From contig OY970325.1 in the NCBI GenBank assembly GCA_963717145.1, positions 3,584,001 through 3,648,000 on the forward strand: DNA of 64,000 nucleotides, read 5' to 3'. Source of the DNA: an uncultured Armatimonadetes bacterium. GTDB lineage: Bacteria > Armatimonadota > UBA5829 > DTJY01. The notes beneath the pieces were generated by a model that was given only the letters and a program-made list of their open reading frames with translations, was not told the origin of the DNA and did not search any database. Below, in pieces: positions 27,113 through 37,596 of this stretch (its first letter is position 1; each line of letters opens with the position of its first letter). A program made the position numbers and the translations under genes.

Positions 27113-28545
27113 GGGTGGAATTCCTCAGAGTGGGTAGAGCACGGCTCAGGCGGCACGTGCTGCGTGCTCGATCCGAGCCAGTTCGCCGCTTAGGAGGGCA
27201 GTTCTCACCGCGAGCACTGCATCTGCGCCGTCCTTCGTCCATCGCATCCCGGCTTGCTTTAACCTCTGGCCTACTATCACCTTGCACGCCGCTTCCACCG
27301 GACCGCTGCCTATCATCATCCCCTTGGCCCTGTATGCCGGGTAGTTCATGTACTTGCGGTACTTTCTGAAGTAGCCTGTCTCGATCCGAAGCGCTTCCCT
27401 CTCAGAATCGTTTCGTGCTCTGCGCCGCTTCATGGCTCTAAGCAGACTCCCCGGCCCCTTCTCTTTAAGCTTCCGGCAGTGTTCGTTTGCCCAGCGCTTC
27501 CCTTTGGGATTCCCCTCTCCGTAGAGTGTCCGCGCCAAGCCGTATATGTGCTCACAGGCATGCCAGTAGTCGATGATCTTGATGCTCTCCGGCAGATGAT
27601 TCCTGACCTCTCTCCATATCCAGTCTGCGCCGTCGGCGATCACTATACGCTCTTTTGCCCCGTCATAGCCGGCTTGCAGTGCTCTGGTGTATACCCGTCT
27701 CCCGAACTCGTCGCTCGTCTCTTGCGCCGCTATGTAGCGCGAGTTGGTGACGGTATCCGTGTCTTTGCCTGCAGCCGGAACGCCTTCGTATACCACCATG
27801 GTCTTGATGTCATGCCACTGGCCATCGGTGTGCGCTTTGGCCGCGTCTATGCCAATGTAGAGCCTCTGTGGCGTCGCCTCGCAGGAGACCTCTTCACCTG
27901 TGTCTACCACAGAGATGATCGCTTCCTGCTCCTCTCGGCGGAGGCATTCCCCAACATCCCGGACTATCTCTTCTTCGCTGCTCTCTTCGATCGCAATACC
28001 CGTGGTTCGCTCGATCAGCCTTGCGGCTGCTTCATATGGAAGCGCGGCGCAGATCGAGGCGGTGAGTTCCTTCACTCTGGCGGTCCATACTCTCTCGGAC
28101 AGCCCCTGCTCGCGGTCCCATGGAATGTAGCCCCGCCTGCAATGGTCGCAACGGTAGTATGACCTCTCGACCTCTATGTCTCCGTGCAAAGTCCGAATGA
28201 AGCGTTTCCGGTATCCCTTGAACCTGGCCAGTCTGCCGCATTCGCATTCTATCCCAACACCCTTGTAGGTGGGCTTTCCGCTCATCTTGGCGGCAACCTC
28301 ACTCATCATTGCGCCGGCAATCTGACGCGCCAGGATCTGAATACGCTCCTCGGCTGACCCTAAGTCCGTGCAATCGATGTAGCTGCGCGCAAAGTCGCGA
28401 GCGGCCTGAAGGAGGGAGTCTGTGTGCAAAAGTGTAAGCATTCTCTGGGAGTCTCCTTTCGGAATGTTTGTCCTTCAACAAACCGTTACCGACTATTACA
28501 GGAGACTCCTTCCTTACTTGCTACCCACTCAACGCGAATGCACCC
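27113..28545 (-). mobile_element. ISKra4/ISLre2-like element, copy 2
   Basis: Same ends and identical transposase protein as 22009-23441; 9-bp TSD TTTTCAGGC at 27104-27112 and 28546-28554. Confidence 0.92.
27146..28441 (-). CDS. ISKra4/ISLre2-like transposase
   Basis: Identical protein to 22113-23408. Confidence 0.9.
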   Translation of the reverse strand: MLTLLHTDSLLQAARDFARSYIDCTDLGSAEERIQILARQIAGAMMSEVAAKMSGKPTYKGVGIECECGRLARFKGYRKRFIRTLHGDIEVERSYYRCDHCRRGYIPWDREQGLSERVWTARVKELTASICAALPYEAAARLIERTTGIAIEESSEEEIVRDVGECLRREEQEAIISVVDTGEEVSCEATPQRLYIGIDAAKAHTDGQWHDIKTMVVYEGVPAAGKDTDTVTNSRYIAAQETSDEFGRRVYTRALQAGYDGAKERIVIADGADWIWREVRNHLPESIKIIDYWHACEHIYGLARTLYGEGNPKGKRWANEHCRKLKEKGPGSLLRAMKRRRARNDSEREALRIETGYFRKYRKYMNYPAYRAKGMMIGSGPVEAACKVIVGQRLKQAGMRWTKDGADAVLAVRTALLSGELARIEHAARAA

Positions 28546-29489
28546 TTTTCAGGCAGAGTCCCAAGAGCTGCAGAAAGCTCGCAGATATCTGCCATGTATC
28601 GCCGGCAACAGTCTGCAAATGGAAGGCCCGGGGTGACCAGCAAGACCGCAGCAGTCGGCCCAGGAATATCCATTATGCATTCAGCCCCGAAGAGGAGGAG
28701 ATCATCCTCTCGCTCCGGGACAAAGGTCTAGCACTCGATGCACTGGTGCGTGCAGTAGTCACAGTTCTGCCGAATGCAGAACGCGCCAGTATACATCGCT
28801 TACTGAGCAGAAAAGGGGTGAGCAGACTCCCCCAGTACCAAAAAGAAAAGAGAGAAAGTCCAGGCAAGTTCAAAGAGTATCTGCCTGGATACCTTCACAT
28901 AGACTGTTTCTACCTGCCCAAGATCGGGGGCAAGAGGAAGTATTGCTTCGTTGCGGTAGACAGAGCAACAAGGCTAGCCTTCCTCCAGGTGTACGACAAC
29001 CTAACCAAGGAATCCGCAGTGGGCTTCCTTGGACTGTGCATGTGGTTCTATCCGTTCATGATCCACAAGATCCTGACAGACAACGGTAGAGAGTTCACTC
29101 TGGCCAATTGGAGCCGTTGGGGCAGTCCGGCGAAGAGACCTCACTTCTTTGATGAAGTATGCTCAGCCTGTGGTATTGAACACAGGCTCACCCGGCCGTA
29201 TACACCAAAGACCAACGGTCTGGTGGAACGCATGAACGGACTGATCCAGGAGGGCACGTACAAGATGCACAGATATCCTGGATATCCGGAGTTGATAGAT
29301 GGACTCCACCAGTGGCTGACCATCTACAATCTAAGGAGACAGCACAGCGCGATCGGTGGCAAGACACCCTATGAGAAGGTCTGCGACTGGTACGCGCAAA
29401 GACCAGATCTGTTTATCAAAGAGCCTACCGACTTACTGAACTACCGTTCACAACGTGGTGGGACTTGACAATTAACCATCAACCATTCC

Positions 29490-32045
29490 CTAGAATAGCT
29501 TCCCCGGCGGGGGGACGACCGACTTGATGCAGAGGATCGCGACATCGTCCGTCAACCGATCGCCGGCATAGTTGCGGACACTCGTGAACACCGCTTCCGA
29601 CAGATTCCGGCTGCTCAGCCTGATCTGCCTCTTCACGATCTCGTATACGCCCTCGGTGTTCAGGAGGCCCTGGTCCCCTCGGGCTTCGGTCGCGCCGTCT
29701 GTGTAGAACACCAGGATGTCGCCGTTCTTGAATGCCAGGGTCTGTGATTCGTACTCCGCCTCGGGAACGGCCCCCGCGGCCACACCGGTCGATTCCAGGC
29801 AGATCAGTTTCTCGTCTTCCTCCCTGTAGTGGAAGGGCAGTTCATGCCCCGCGTTGACATAGGTGAACTCGCCCTTGCCGGAATCCAGCAGGCCATAGAC
29901 CAGCGTGATGAAGCGGTTCGTCGGAATGTGAGTATTGAGCGCGCTGTTCAGCTTGGTCACCACCGCCACCGGATCGGGATCATCGTTGGCGTAAGCCTTG
30001 ATCATGTGCTTCGCCATGCCCATGTAGACCGCCGCATCAGGTCCTTTCCCGGCCACATCTCCGATGGCCACGCCATATCGCCCCTCGCCGAGATCGAGCA
30101 CGTCGAAGAAATCCCCCCCGACCGCGGAAACCTCCGGGTCGACGTGGTAGTACGCGTTGATCTCCATGCCGGGGAAGTCACGATCGATCGAGGACATGAT
30201 GCTGTCCTGCAGGCACTTCGCGATGTTCTGCTCGCGCTCGTATTGTTGCGCATTCCGAACGCCCGCCGCGACGAACTTCGACAGCATCTCGAGCAGCCGG
30301 ATATCCGATTCACCCCACGGCTCTCCGTTCGAGCGGAAGACGTTGATCGCGCCAACGTTCCGCCCACGCAGCAGCATCGGCACGGAGAGCAGGTGGTGCA
30401 CACCTTCGTTTTCTCCCATCAATTCGGGGTACTTACAGTGGCAGCAGTTCGGAACGTCGTTGAGCACCCGCAATTGCCCGCTGTCCGCGACCAGAAGAGC
30501 CGCCTGGTCGCACTGATCGACGTGCTCAGCGACGAAATGCTCCCTCGAGGGCCGCTTGTAGCCGAGTATCCTCATCCGACCCGCCTCACGATCGAAGATC
30601 AGGACCGAGCATGTCTCTGCCATGAGTACATTCTTCAACTCGGCGCCGAGGCGGTCCACCAGCGAATCGAGTTGGATCTCGGACGTGATCGCCTCACCGA
30701 TCTTGCTCACCGTTTCAAGCTCGTGAACGCGCGCCTCATACTCAGTGGTCGACTCGTTCATCCGCATCCCCTTCTGGACGCGCTCGACGGCGAGTGCTGT
30801 CTGGGAGGCGAACACATCGAGCAGGTGGAGTCGGTCCTTCTGCTTACGCGAGCCCGGAACCCGCTTGAAGACTGCCATCAGAACGCCGACGACCGATTCC
30901 CCGAACTCCGTAGTCACCAGGAGCGGGACGGCGACGGCCGACCGTCGGGTCCCTACCTCTCCTAGCTTGAGCGAAAGGCTGTCGTTTCCCCCGGCATCAG
31001 CCACGTACTTCGTCTCCCGAGTGCTCACGGCTTCACCGACCGGCCCGTCGCCGGATCGGAACACGAGGCTCTTCTTCGTCTCCTCATCGAAGCCGGTCGA
31101 GGCGGCAACATAGACGAGGTTACGGGTCCGATCGTACGGCATAAGACAGACCGCGTCGAACTTGAAGAACGCCGCGATAATCTCCACGATCTGCTGGTAG
31201 AGCTTGCTCGGGCTCGTCGTGGAGATGATGGCGTCCTGCAGATCGCCGAGTGTTCGCAGTTCGGCCGACTGCCCCTCGATGCATCCCCTGAGCCGCGCGT
31301 GTTCGGCCACAAGGCCCGCGACGGGCGTAATGTAGCTCAGCAGCTTCATCATGTTCGCCAGCCCCGAGAGCATCCCGGTATCAGCGGCGTACTTCCCCGT
31401 ATGCGAGAGCACCGCCGAGAGTTGCGCGAAGACTCCGAAGATCAATCCATAGCTGATCCACGCCAGGAGAGTGCTGTTCCGCTGCACTGCGGGGCGTGAG
31501 TAGGCAAACCATGCAAGGGCAAAGAGGACGACGGATACGAGAGCGGTGTTCCGGGCGGCGTCGCCTCCGGCAAGCAGTTTGTCGACCGAGAACTCACTCA
31601 CGGAGAAGAGCACCACCGCCACCCACAGGACCACGCCCGTCAGGTAGACAACCGCTCGCAGCTTGGTCGTGCGCCTTGGAGTGTGAGTCCGCGCCGCGAG
31701 CGCACCGTAGAGCAGCAACGCAGCGAGGGTCAGCCGCCCCGCATACCAGAGGGCCAGGCCGCTCGCGACACTGGAGGCCGGAAGCAGCGCGCACCATGCA
31801 TCCACCAATCCGGCGGCGAAGAACCCGGCGGCGACGCAGAGGAATATCTTCCGTCCGTGGATCAGGTACTCGGCAATGGCTGCCGCGAAGACTGTCAGCG
31901 CGATCAGTGCCGCGAACCCGCCTGTGGCCTGTGCGGATGTGGCCATCCCGAAGTGCTCAGGCTTCGATGCATTTCCGGCCGCCGCGATCAGAAGCAGTAC
32001 TGCGCCGCAGACCGCGATCAAGATCAGTGTTGCCGTTCTCCTCAT
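29490..32045 (-). CDS. Membrane sensor with two GAF domains and SpoIIE/PP2C phosphatase
   Basis: Multi-TM N-terminus, GAF motifs, VGGDFFD, GDVAGKG, NAGH, YTDG.TEA, DD.A. Confidence 0.9.
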   Translation of the reverse strand: MRRTATLILIAVCGAVLLLIAAAGNASKPEHFGMATSAQATGGFAALIALTVFAAAIAEYLIHGRKIFLCVAAGFFAAGLVDAWCALLPASSVASGLALWYAGRLTLAALLLYGALAARTHTPRRTTKLRAVVYLTGVVLWVAVVLFSVSEFSVDKLLAGGDAARNTALVSVVLFALAWFAYSRPAVQRNSTLLAWISYGLIFGVFAQLSAVLSHTGKYAADTGMLSGLANMMKLLSYITPVAGLVAEHARLRGCIEGQSAELRTLGDLQDAIISTTSPSKLYQQIVEIIAAFFKFDAVCLMPYDRTRNLVYVAASTGFDEETKKSLVFRSGDGPVGEAVSTRETKYVADAGGNDSLSLKLGEVGTRRSAVAVPLLVTTEFGESVVGVLMAVFKRVPGSRKQKDRLHLLDVFASQTALAVERVQKGMRMNESTTEYEARVHELETVSKIGEAITSEIQLDSLVDRLGAELKNVLMAETCSVLIFDREAGRMRILGYKRPSREHFVAEHVDQCDQAALLVADSGQLRVLNDVPNCCHCKYPELMGENEGVHHLLSVPMLLRGRNVGAINVFRSNGEPWGESDIRLLEMLSKFVAAGVRNAQQYEREQNIAKCLQDSIMSSIDRDFPGMEINAYYHVDPEVSAVGGDFFDVLDLGEGRYGVAIGDVAGKGPDAAVYMGMAKHMIKAYANDDPDPVAVVTKLNSALNTHIPTNRFITLVYGLLDSGKGEFTYVNAGHELPFHYREEDEKLICLESTGVAAGAVPEAEYESQTLAFKNGDILVFYTDGATEARGDQGLLNTEGVYEIVKRQIRLSSRNLSEAVFTSVRNYAGDRLTDDVAILCIKSVVPPPGKLF

Positions 32046-32145
32046 GCGCTCTCATACCTCCTCGGGAAGGTGGCTCATTCTAACATACAACCCCGGCGGT
32101 CGCAAGAACGAAAGTGAGACAGGATCGACATGCCCTCCTTGGCGA

Positions 32146-32178
32146 AAGAGGGGGGCCGCAGGCTGCGGACCCCCTCTC
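32146..32178. terminator. Hairpin terminator downstream of amidase 1
   Basis: AGAGGGGGCCGCAG...CTGCGGACCCCCTCT. Confidence 0.55.
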
Positions 32179-32210
32179 TGCTCTTCGAGCTTTACCTTGG
32201 ACCTAATAGA

Positions 32211-35200
32211 CTAGTTGTACTCGATATTGTACTGAGTGAAGTCAGCGTAGCTCGAGAAGTTGCTCGTTCTGGTCACGAACTGCCTGACCCTCATCTCACC
32301 CGTAGCCGAGATGTAGTTGAGCGGACTGGTCGTGTTCCAGGAGACCAGCACGTCGGTCGCGCCAACGGTCCTGCTGTCTATCTGCACCCATGCCGATGTG
32401 GTGAAGTTGTACAGGTACAACACCTGGGTCAGCGAGGCAGACAGATGGCTGTCGAAGTTGATCGTCAGCTTGGTAACACTGGTCCGAGGCTCAGCGATCG
32501 TCACCGAGCTGTACCAGTCGACCTGGCGAGCCGAACCCACCTTGACCGAGTTGATCCTCAGGTACGAGGCGTCATTGGCGCCGAGGTTCGTCACGCTCCC
32601 CGAGCCAATCGATCCTCTGGTGATCGTGATGGCGGTCGGCGCGTAGTCCTTGGTCTGGGGCCCGCTCGGAGGAGTCGTGACCACGTCCGGGGCGCTCTGA
32701 GCCGACTCGTTCAGGGCCGCATCATACGCGCTTACGGTGTAGCTGTAAGTGGTATTCGGCGAGCAGGTCGTGTCGGAGTAGCTGGCCGTTGGACTCGTTC
32801 CGACCTGGGCGCTGTCCCGGAATACCTTGTAGCCGGTCACTCCGACGTTGTCGGTCGAGGCGGTCCAAGTCAGGTCGACGCGGGTGCCTGAGATCGCCGT
32901 CGCGTTCAGGTTCGTCGGCACGGTGGGAGCCTCTGTATCCGGCCCACCGCTGACCTGGAAGAACCTGGCGGCATCGGCCATGACTACCAGACTCGCCTCA
33001 CCGGTGGCATTCCCGACCTTGAGGTAGCCCGCTGTACCCGTCAGGAACGACTTGTTGCTGACCAGTACATGCCATGCCCCGCCACCGGACTGCTGGTTCA
33101 TGTTGACCTGCTGACTTCCACCGTTCCAGTACACGATGTACGGAGCAGCAGTCGTGCGGTTTGCGCCCGCAGGATACCAGCAGGAGACGTCGTAGCCGCC
33201 GGCCTCCTCGATGTTCGGACGCCATATCGCTGTGCCGGTCTCAGAGACCTGGGTACCGATGAAGCGGTAGTCGGCACCGTACTTGTCGACCGACGAAGTA
33301 CCCGTCGACCATGAGCCGGTGAAGGTCGCCTGCGGGTTGTCGATGATGAAGTCGGTGATCGCGGGAGTCGTCGCCTGAACAGGGGCACACTGTGCGCTCT
33401 CGTTCAGGGCGGCGTCGTATGCGCTCACCGCGTAGCTGTAGGTGGTGTTCGACGCGCAGGTCGTATCGGAGTATGAGGTGTTCGTCGTCGAGTTCAGATA
33501 TCCACCATTGCGGAAGACCTTGTAGCCGGCGACGCCAAAGTTGTCGGTCGAGGCGGTCCAGCTCAGGTTGATCTGGTTCGGTGAGACGGGTGTTGCAGAC
33601 AGGTTCGTCGGTACGGTCGGAGCCTCGGTATCAGGCGCGCCGCCGACCTGGATGCTCTTGGTCACGGTTGCGCCGAACCAGGTTACGCCGTCACGGACCA
33701 TCTGCCAGTCGGTGATGTACGGCCCTTCCACGCTCGGAGCTGTCAGGTTGAATGTGAAGGTGTAAGTCCCGCCCGGGTTGACCTCGCCTGATATCGTGTG
33801 GCGGGTCGTACCCGTGAACGGATCGGAGTCGCCGACCGCGCCGAGTCTGAACGACTTGGCCTCATTCCAGAGAACGCCTCGGTCGCGCAGGGTAATGCTC
33901 ACCTGTCGGACCTCGCTGGGGGCCATCGTCGCCGGGATGGTGTCGCTGACGTACTCGGACGAGTAGAAGCCCCACGTCGGGGTCGTCCCGAAGTACGTGC
34001 AGATGCCTCTGTAGATCCCCCACATCGCGCCGGAGGTCCAGAAGTGGTCCTTCATCTTGACCGCATCCAGGTCGCAGCTATCGTGGAAGCCAAGCTCGAT
34101 CAGGATGGCGGCCCGGTCCGGGATTCGTATCTCGCCATATGCGCCGTTCGAGTCATGCCGACCCCGATCTACCCAACCCGAGTCTCCGACCTCGTTCCTG
34201 ATGGCATTGATGAGGCTTGGGTGGACGGCGTTGGCAAGGTCGGAGCTGACTGTACACCACGCATTGTGCTCGGCAACACAGTCATAGTACGTGTCAGTGC
34301 CTGTCGGGCAGCTTCCGCCGTAGCAGTTGCCGGCCGAGCCATTCGTGTGCAGCGAGATGTAGATGTTCGTGTTGTCGTAGTCGGATGCGAGCGGCCTCGC
34401 ACGAATGTCGTCGCTTGATTCGCTGGCGCCATCACCGAGCGAACAGCCGCTATAGCTGCCGTAGACTGAACACGGATAGCCGACATTCTGCAGCCAGTAC
34501 GGGGAAGCCATCTTCCACCAGTCAAAGCCCAGGTACTGGCCAAAACCCTTGTCATGGCAGCGGACCTTCTTGACCAGCATACCGTCCGCCTCGAGGAACG
34601 ATGTGAGGTAGAGGGCGTGGTCGAGGTTGTGCAGGTCCTCTTCGCTGAGGGGCGCGCAGTAGACCGGCCGCTGGGTATACCACCCGCTGCCGTTCCAGAA
34701 GATGCCGTGGCCCGGCGACAGCGTGATGCTGCGACCCGAGAGCGAATCCGTACCGATGAGTCCATCCTCCGCCTTCACTCCATGAGGCTCGATGAACGGT
34801 GTCGGCTTCAGGAAGGTGGCGAGCGGCTCTCCCTCGACCAGGATGCGCAGGTCGATCTCGATGCCATAGTAATACAGTGTCCACTTCACCTGATTGAAGA
34901 TCGCCTCGATCCGCATTTCGTCCAGGCCGGACGATGTCAGCCTTCCTGAGAAGTTGACGATGTAGGTGTTGCCCTCGAGGCTCGTGTCGAGGACTACCGT
35001 GCCCCTGGGCACGGCGGACGAAAGACCGAGTGTCGCAAGCAGGCGCGACGGGCCTCCTGCAAGGGCATTGAGCGCCGAAACGGCGTCGGTTACAGCCGGG
35101 TTGTCAATCACAGTGACCTTTCCGAACTGATCGAGGTAACCTACGGGACCGGCGTGAGCTACTGTGGCGAGGAGAAGCAGACCCAGTAGCAGAGGCGCGA

Positions 35201-35228
35201 GACGGGGCGAAAGACGTATGCCTTTCAT
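32211..35228 (-). CDS. Secreted N-acetylmuramoyl-L-alanine amidase (GerMN, Amidase_3, NBR1-Ig-like, Fn3, golvesin-like domains)
   Basis: SPGHG, E, SLHTN, IELGFHD Zn ligands; DTEAPTVP/WTASTDN.GV.GY Fn3 repeats. Confidence 0.88.
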   Translation of the reverse strand: MKGIRLSPRLAPLLLGLLLLATVAHAGPVGYLDQFGKVTVIDNPAVTDAVSALNALAGGPSRLLATLGLSSAVPRGTVVLDTSLEGNTYIVNFSGRLTSSGLDEMRIEAIFNQVKWTLYYYGIEIDLRILVEGEPLATFLKPTPFIEPHGVKAEDGLIGTDSLSGRSITLSPGHGIFWNGSGWYTQRPVYCAPLSEEDLHNLDHALYLTSFLEADGMLVKKVRCHDKGFGQYLGFDWWKMASPYWLQNVGYPCSVYGSYSGCSLGDGASESSDDIRARPLASDYDNTNIYISLHTNGSAGNCYGGSCPTGTDTYYDCVAEHNAWCTVSSDLANAVHPSLINAIRNEVGDSGWVDRGRHDSNGAYGEIRIPDRAAILIELGFHDSCDLDAVKMKDHFWTSGAMWGIYRGICTYFGTTPTWGFYSSEYVSDTIPATMAPSEVRQVSITLRDRGVLWNEAKSFRLGAVGDSDPFTGTTRHTISGEVNPGGTYTFTFNLTAPSVEGPYITDWQMVRDGVTWFGATVTKSIQVGGAPDTEAPTVPTNLSATPVSPNQINLSWTASTDNFGVAGYKVFRNGGYLNSTTNTSYSDTTCASNTTYSYAVSAYDAALNESAQCAPVQATTPAITDFIIDNPQATFTGSWSTGTSSVDKYGADYRFIGTQVSETGTAIWRPNIEEAGGYDVSCWYPAGANRTTAAPYIVYWNGGSQQVNMNQQSGGGAWHVLVSNKSFLTGTAGYLKVGNATGEASLVVMADAARFFQVSGGPDTEAPTVPTNLNATAISGTRVDLTWTASTDNVGVTGYKVFRDSAQVGTSPTASYSDTTCSPNTTYSYTVSAYDAALNESAQSAPDVVTTPPSGPQTKDYAPTAITITRGSIGSGSVTNLGANDASYLRINSVKVGSARQVDWYSSVTIAEPRTSVTKLTINFDSHLSASLTQVLYLYNFTTSAWVQIDSRTVGATDVLVSWNTTSPLNYISATGEMRVRQFVTRTSNFSSYADFTQYNIEYN

Positions 35229-35253
35229 AAAGAATCCCTCCCATGAGATTTAT

Positions 35254-35343
35254 CCACGCGGGCTTCAGGTGATCGCTGGTGGCCTTGGGAGAGCAATCGC
35301 GCTTTTTTGGTGGGAAACGATCCGTCTGATAGAAGCCTAGTGG
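35254..35343 (-). promoter_or_regulatory. Conserved structured 5'UTR, copy 1 (candidate cis-regulatory RNA)
   Basis: GAUCGUU/AGCGAUC stem and CCCA.GGCCACC shared with 37597-37697; promoter TTTACA-N17-TATACT at 35354-35382. Confidence 0.55.
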
Positions 35344-35592
35344 CGTTGCGTCGAGTATATCAGAGGCACAGGCATCTGTAAAGAAGAAATTTGGCGGTGT
35401 TACCTTCGGCGGTAGAAGAGTAAGGGCCGGCTGGGATCAGCCGGCCCTCTATCAACTTGCCCTCTGGTTTGAGGTCTATCGTCGATGCATCGGCAGCCAA
35501 GCCTCACGAGGCCGCCGATGCATCACACGTGTCGCTTGCCGATGCTTCGGCAGCAGAGCCTCGCGGCGCTGCCGATGCATCACAGGCCTCGC

Positions 35593-37574
35593 TTACGGCT
35601 TGTACCACCTGATGGCGTCGGCCATGACGTTCTTGCCGGTGGTGGTCCAGCAGGAGAGCTTGACCTGGTTGCTGCCGGCAAGCATGCTCTGGGTGGTGAG
35701 CAAGTTCCAGTGCCCACCGTTGGTCTGCTGATTCACGCTGACGGTCTGTGTACCGCCGTTGTAGTAGACGATGTACGGAGCAGTCAGGGACCGGTTCGAT
35801 CCCTGAGGCCACCATGCGTGGACCTGGTATGCCCCCGCGCTCGGCAGACTGACTGCCCATGTTGCCGAATCGCTTGTCGCGGCGGTGCTCCTGTACCGGT
35901 AGTTCGAGCCGTACTTGTCCGTCGACGAGGTGCCGGTGAGCCAACTCGCCGAAGCGGTGAAGCCGGCCTGGGCGTTGTCCAGGATGACCTCGACCGGCCC
36001 GGTTCCTCCGACGACGATGGGCTGCGAGACGCTCGCGCCGAACCACGTCACCCCATCACGGACCATCTGCCAGTCGGTAGTGTACGTGCCCGGGGTCGTC
36101 GGGGCGGTCAGGGTGAAGTTGAACGTGTACTGACCGCTCGGCTCGACCTCGCCGGAGATCGTATGGCGAGTCGTGCCGGTGAACGGATCGGAATCACCGA
36201 CCGCTCCGAGCCTGTACGACCTTGCCTCCGACCAGAGAACGCCTCTGTTCCTCATCGTGACGCTGACCGATCGGACCTCGCCCGCGTTCATCGTGGACGG
36301 AATGGTGTGGCTGACTACCTCGGACGAGTAGAAGCCCCATACCGGGCTGGTGCCGAAGTAGGTGCAGATACCGGTGTACATGCCGTACATCGCCACTGAC
36401 TTGAACCAGTTGTCGCGGAAGTAGACGGCATCCTTCTCGCAGGTGTCATGGAAGCCGAGTTCCATCAGGATAGCGGCTCTGTCGGGGATGCGGATCTCGC
36501 CGTATGCTCCGTTGGAGTTGTGCTTGCCGCGATCTGTCCAACTACCATCGTAGTTGTTCCGGATGGCGTTGATGACTGCGGGATGAACCGCATTCGCCAG
36601 GTTTGTGCTGACGGTGCACCAGGAAGCATGCTCCGTGCCGCAGTCATAGTAGGTGTCCGTGCCGGTCGGGCAGCCACCGCCGTAGCAGTCGCCTGAGAGG
36701 CCGTTGGTGTGCAGCGAGATGTAGATGTTCGTGTTGTTGTAGTCCGCAGCAAGGGGCCTGGAGCGGATGTCATCGTTGATCTCGCTTGCACCGCTGCCGA
36801 GGGTGCGCGCCGGTCGAGCTGCCATACACAGAGCTTGGATAGCCCTGGTTCTGAAGCCAGTAGCACGCAGCCATCTCCCACCAGGGGTGGCCGGTCGAGT
36901 GGTTGCCCTGATTGAGGTTAGTGCAGCGGACCATCTGGACGCTCGCCGAGTCAGCCAGAAGGTGCTTCTCCAGATAGCGGATCATCTGAAGGTTGTGCAT
37001 GTCCTCCTGGTTCAGAGGCGCGCAGTAGACAGGTCGCTGGGTATACCGAGCCGCTGCCGTTCCAGAACCAGCCGTGTCCGGGCGACAGGGTGATGCTTCT
37101 GCCGCTGAGACTCGAGATGCTGCCCCCGCCATCCTCCGTAGCGCTTTTCGGTACGACATTCGGAGTCGGCGGCAGGAAGTCGGATAGCGGAGTGCCGTCA
37201 ACCAGGATACTGATGTCCACTTCGATGCCGTAGTACCACAGAGTGTACTTGACCTGCTCGAAGATGGCCGAGACCCTGGCTTCATCCAGACCCGCCGTCA
37301 GGCGGCTGGTGAAGTTCACGATAGCGGTGTTGTCCTCTATCGCGAAGTCGATGACTTTGGTACCCCTCGGCACCGCCGAAGTCAGCCCCAACGCGGAAAG
37401 AGTCCGCTGCGGACCTCCGGCGAGAGCATTGAGCGCCGATAACGCGTCCGTCACTGCCGGATTGTCGATAACGACGCCCTTCCCGAACTGGTCCAGATAG
37501 ACCACGGGACCGGCGCAGGCTGCTGTGGCGATAAGCAAGCAGCCCAGGAGCACGAGCAGAAGAGTGCCTTTCAC
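35593..37574 (-). CDS. Paralogous GerMN-amidase, shorter, with two frameshifts (about 37050 and 36810)
   Basis: Three overlapping ORFs each align with successive parts of 32211-35228. Confidence 0.8.
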
Positions 37575-37596
37575 TTACATCCCTCCCATGTTTATT

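Larger units (their letters stand above)
26957..29470 (+). mobile_element. IS481-family element, copy 2, interrupted by ISKra4-like copy 2
   Basis: Near-identical to 12215-13286 in inverted orientation; transposase split at codons FFR. Confidence 0.92.
26360..29490. repeat. Inverted heptamer arrays flanking the four-helix-bundle gene (26360-26440; 26918-26956 and 29471-29490)
   Basis: GGAATGGTTGATGGCTGATGGTTAATGGTTCATGG on the left; (CATCAAC)n...CCATTCCC on the right, split by IS481. Confidence 0.88.

Noticed and set aside
2040-29490. Heptamer arrays as a CRISPR array
   Set aside because: Short degenerate tandem units in inverted arms, no 25-45 bp repeats with unique spacers, no cas genes
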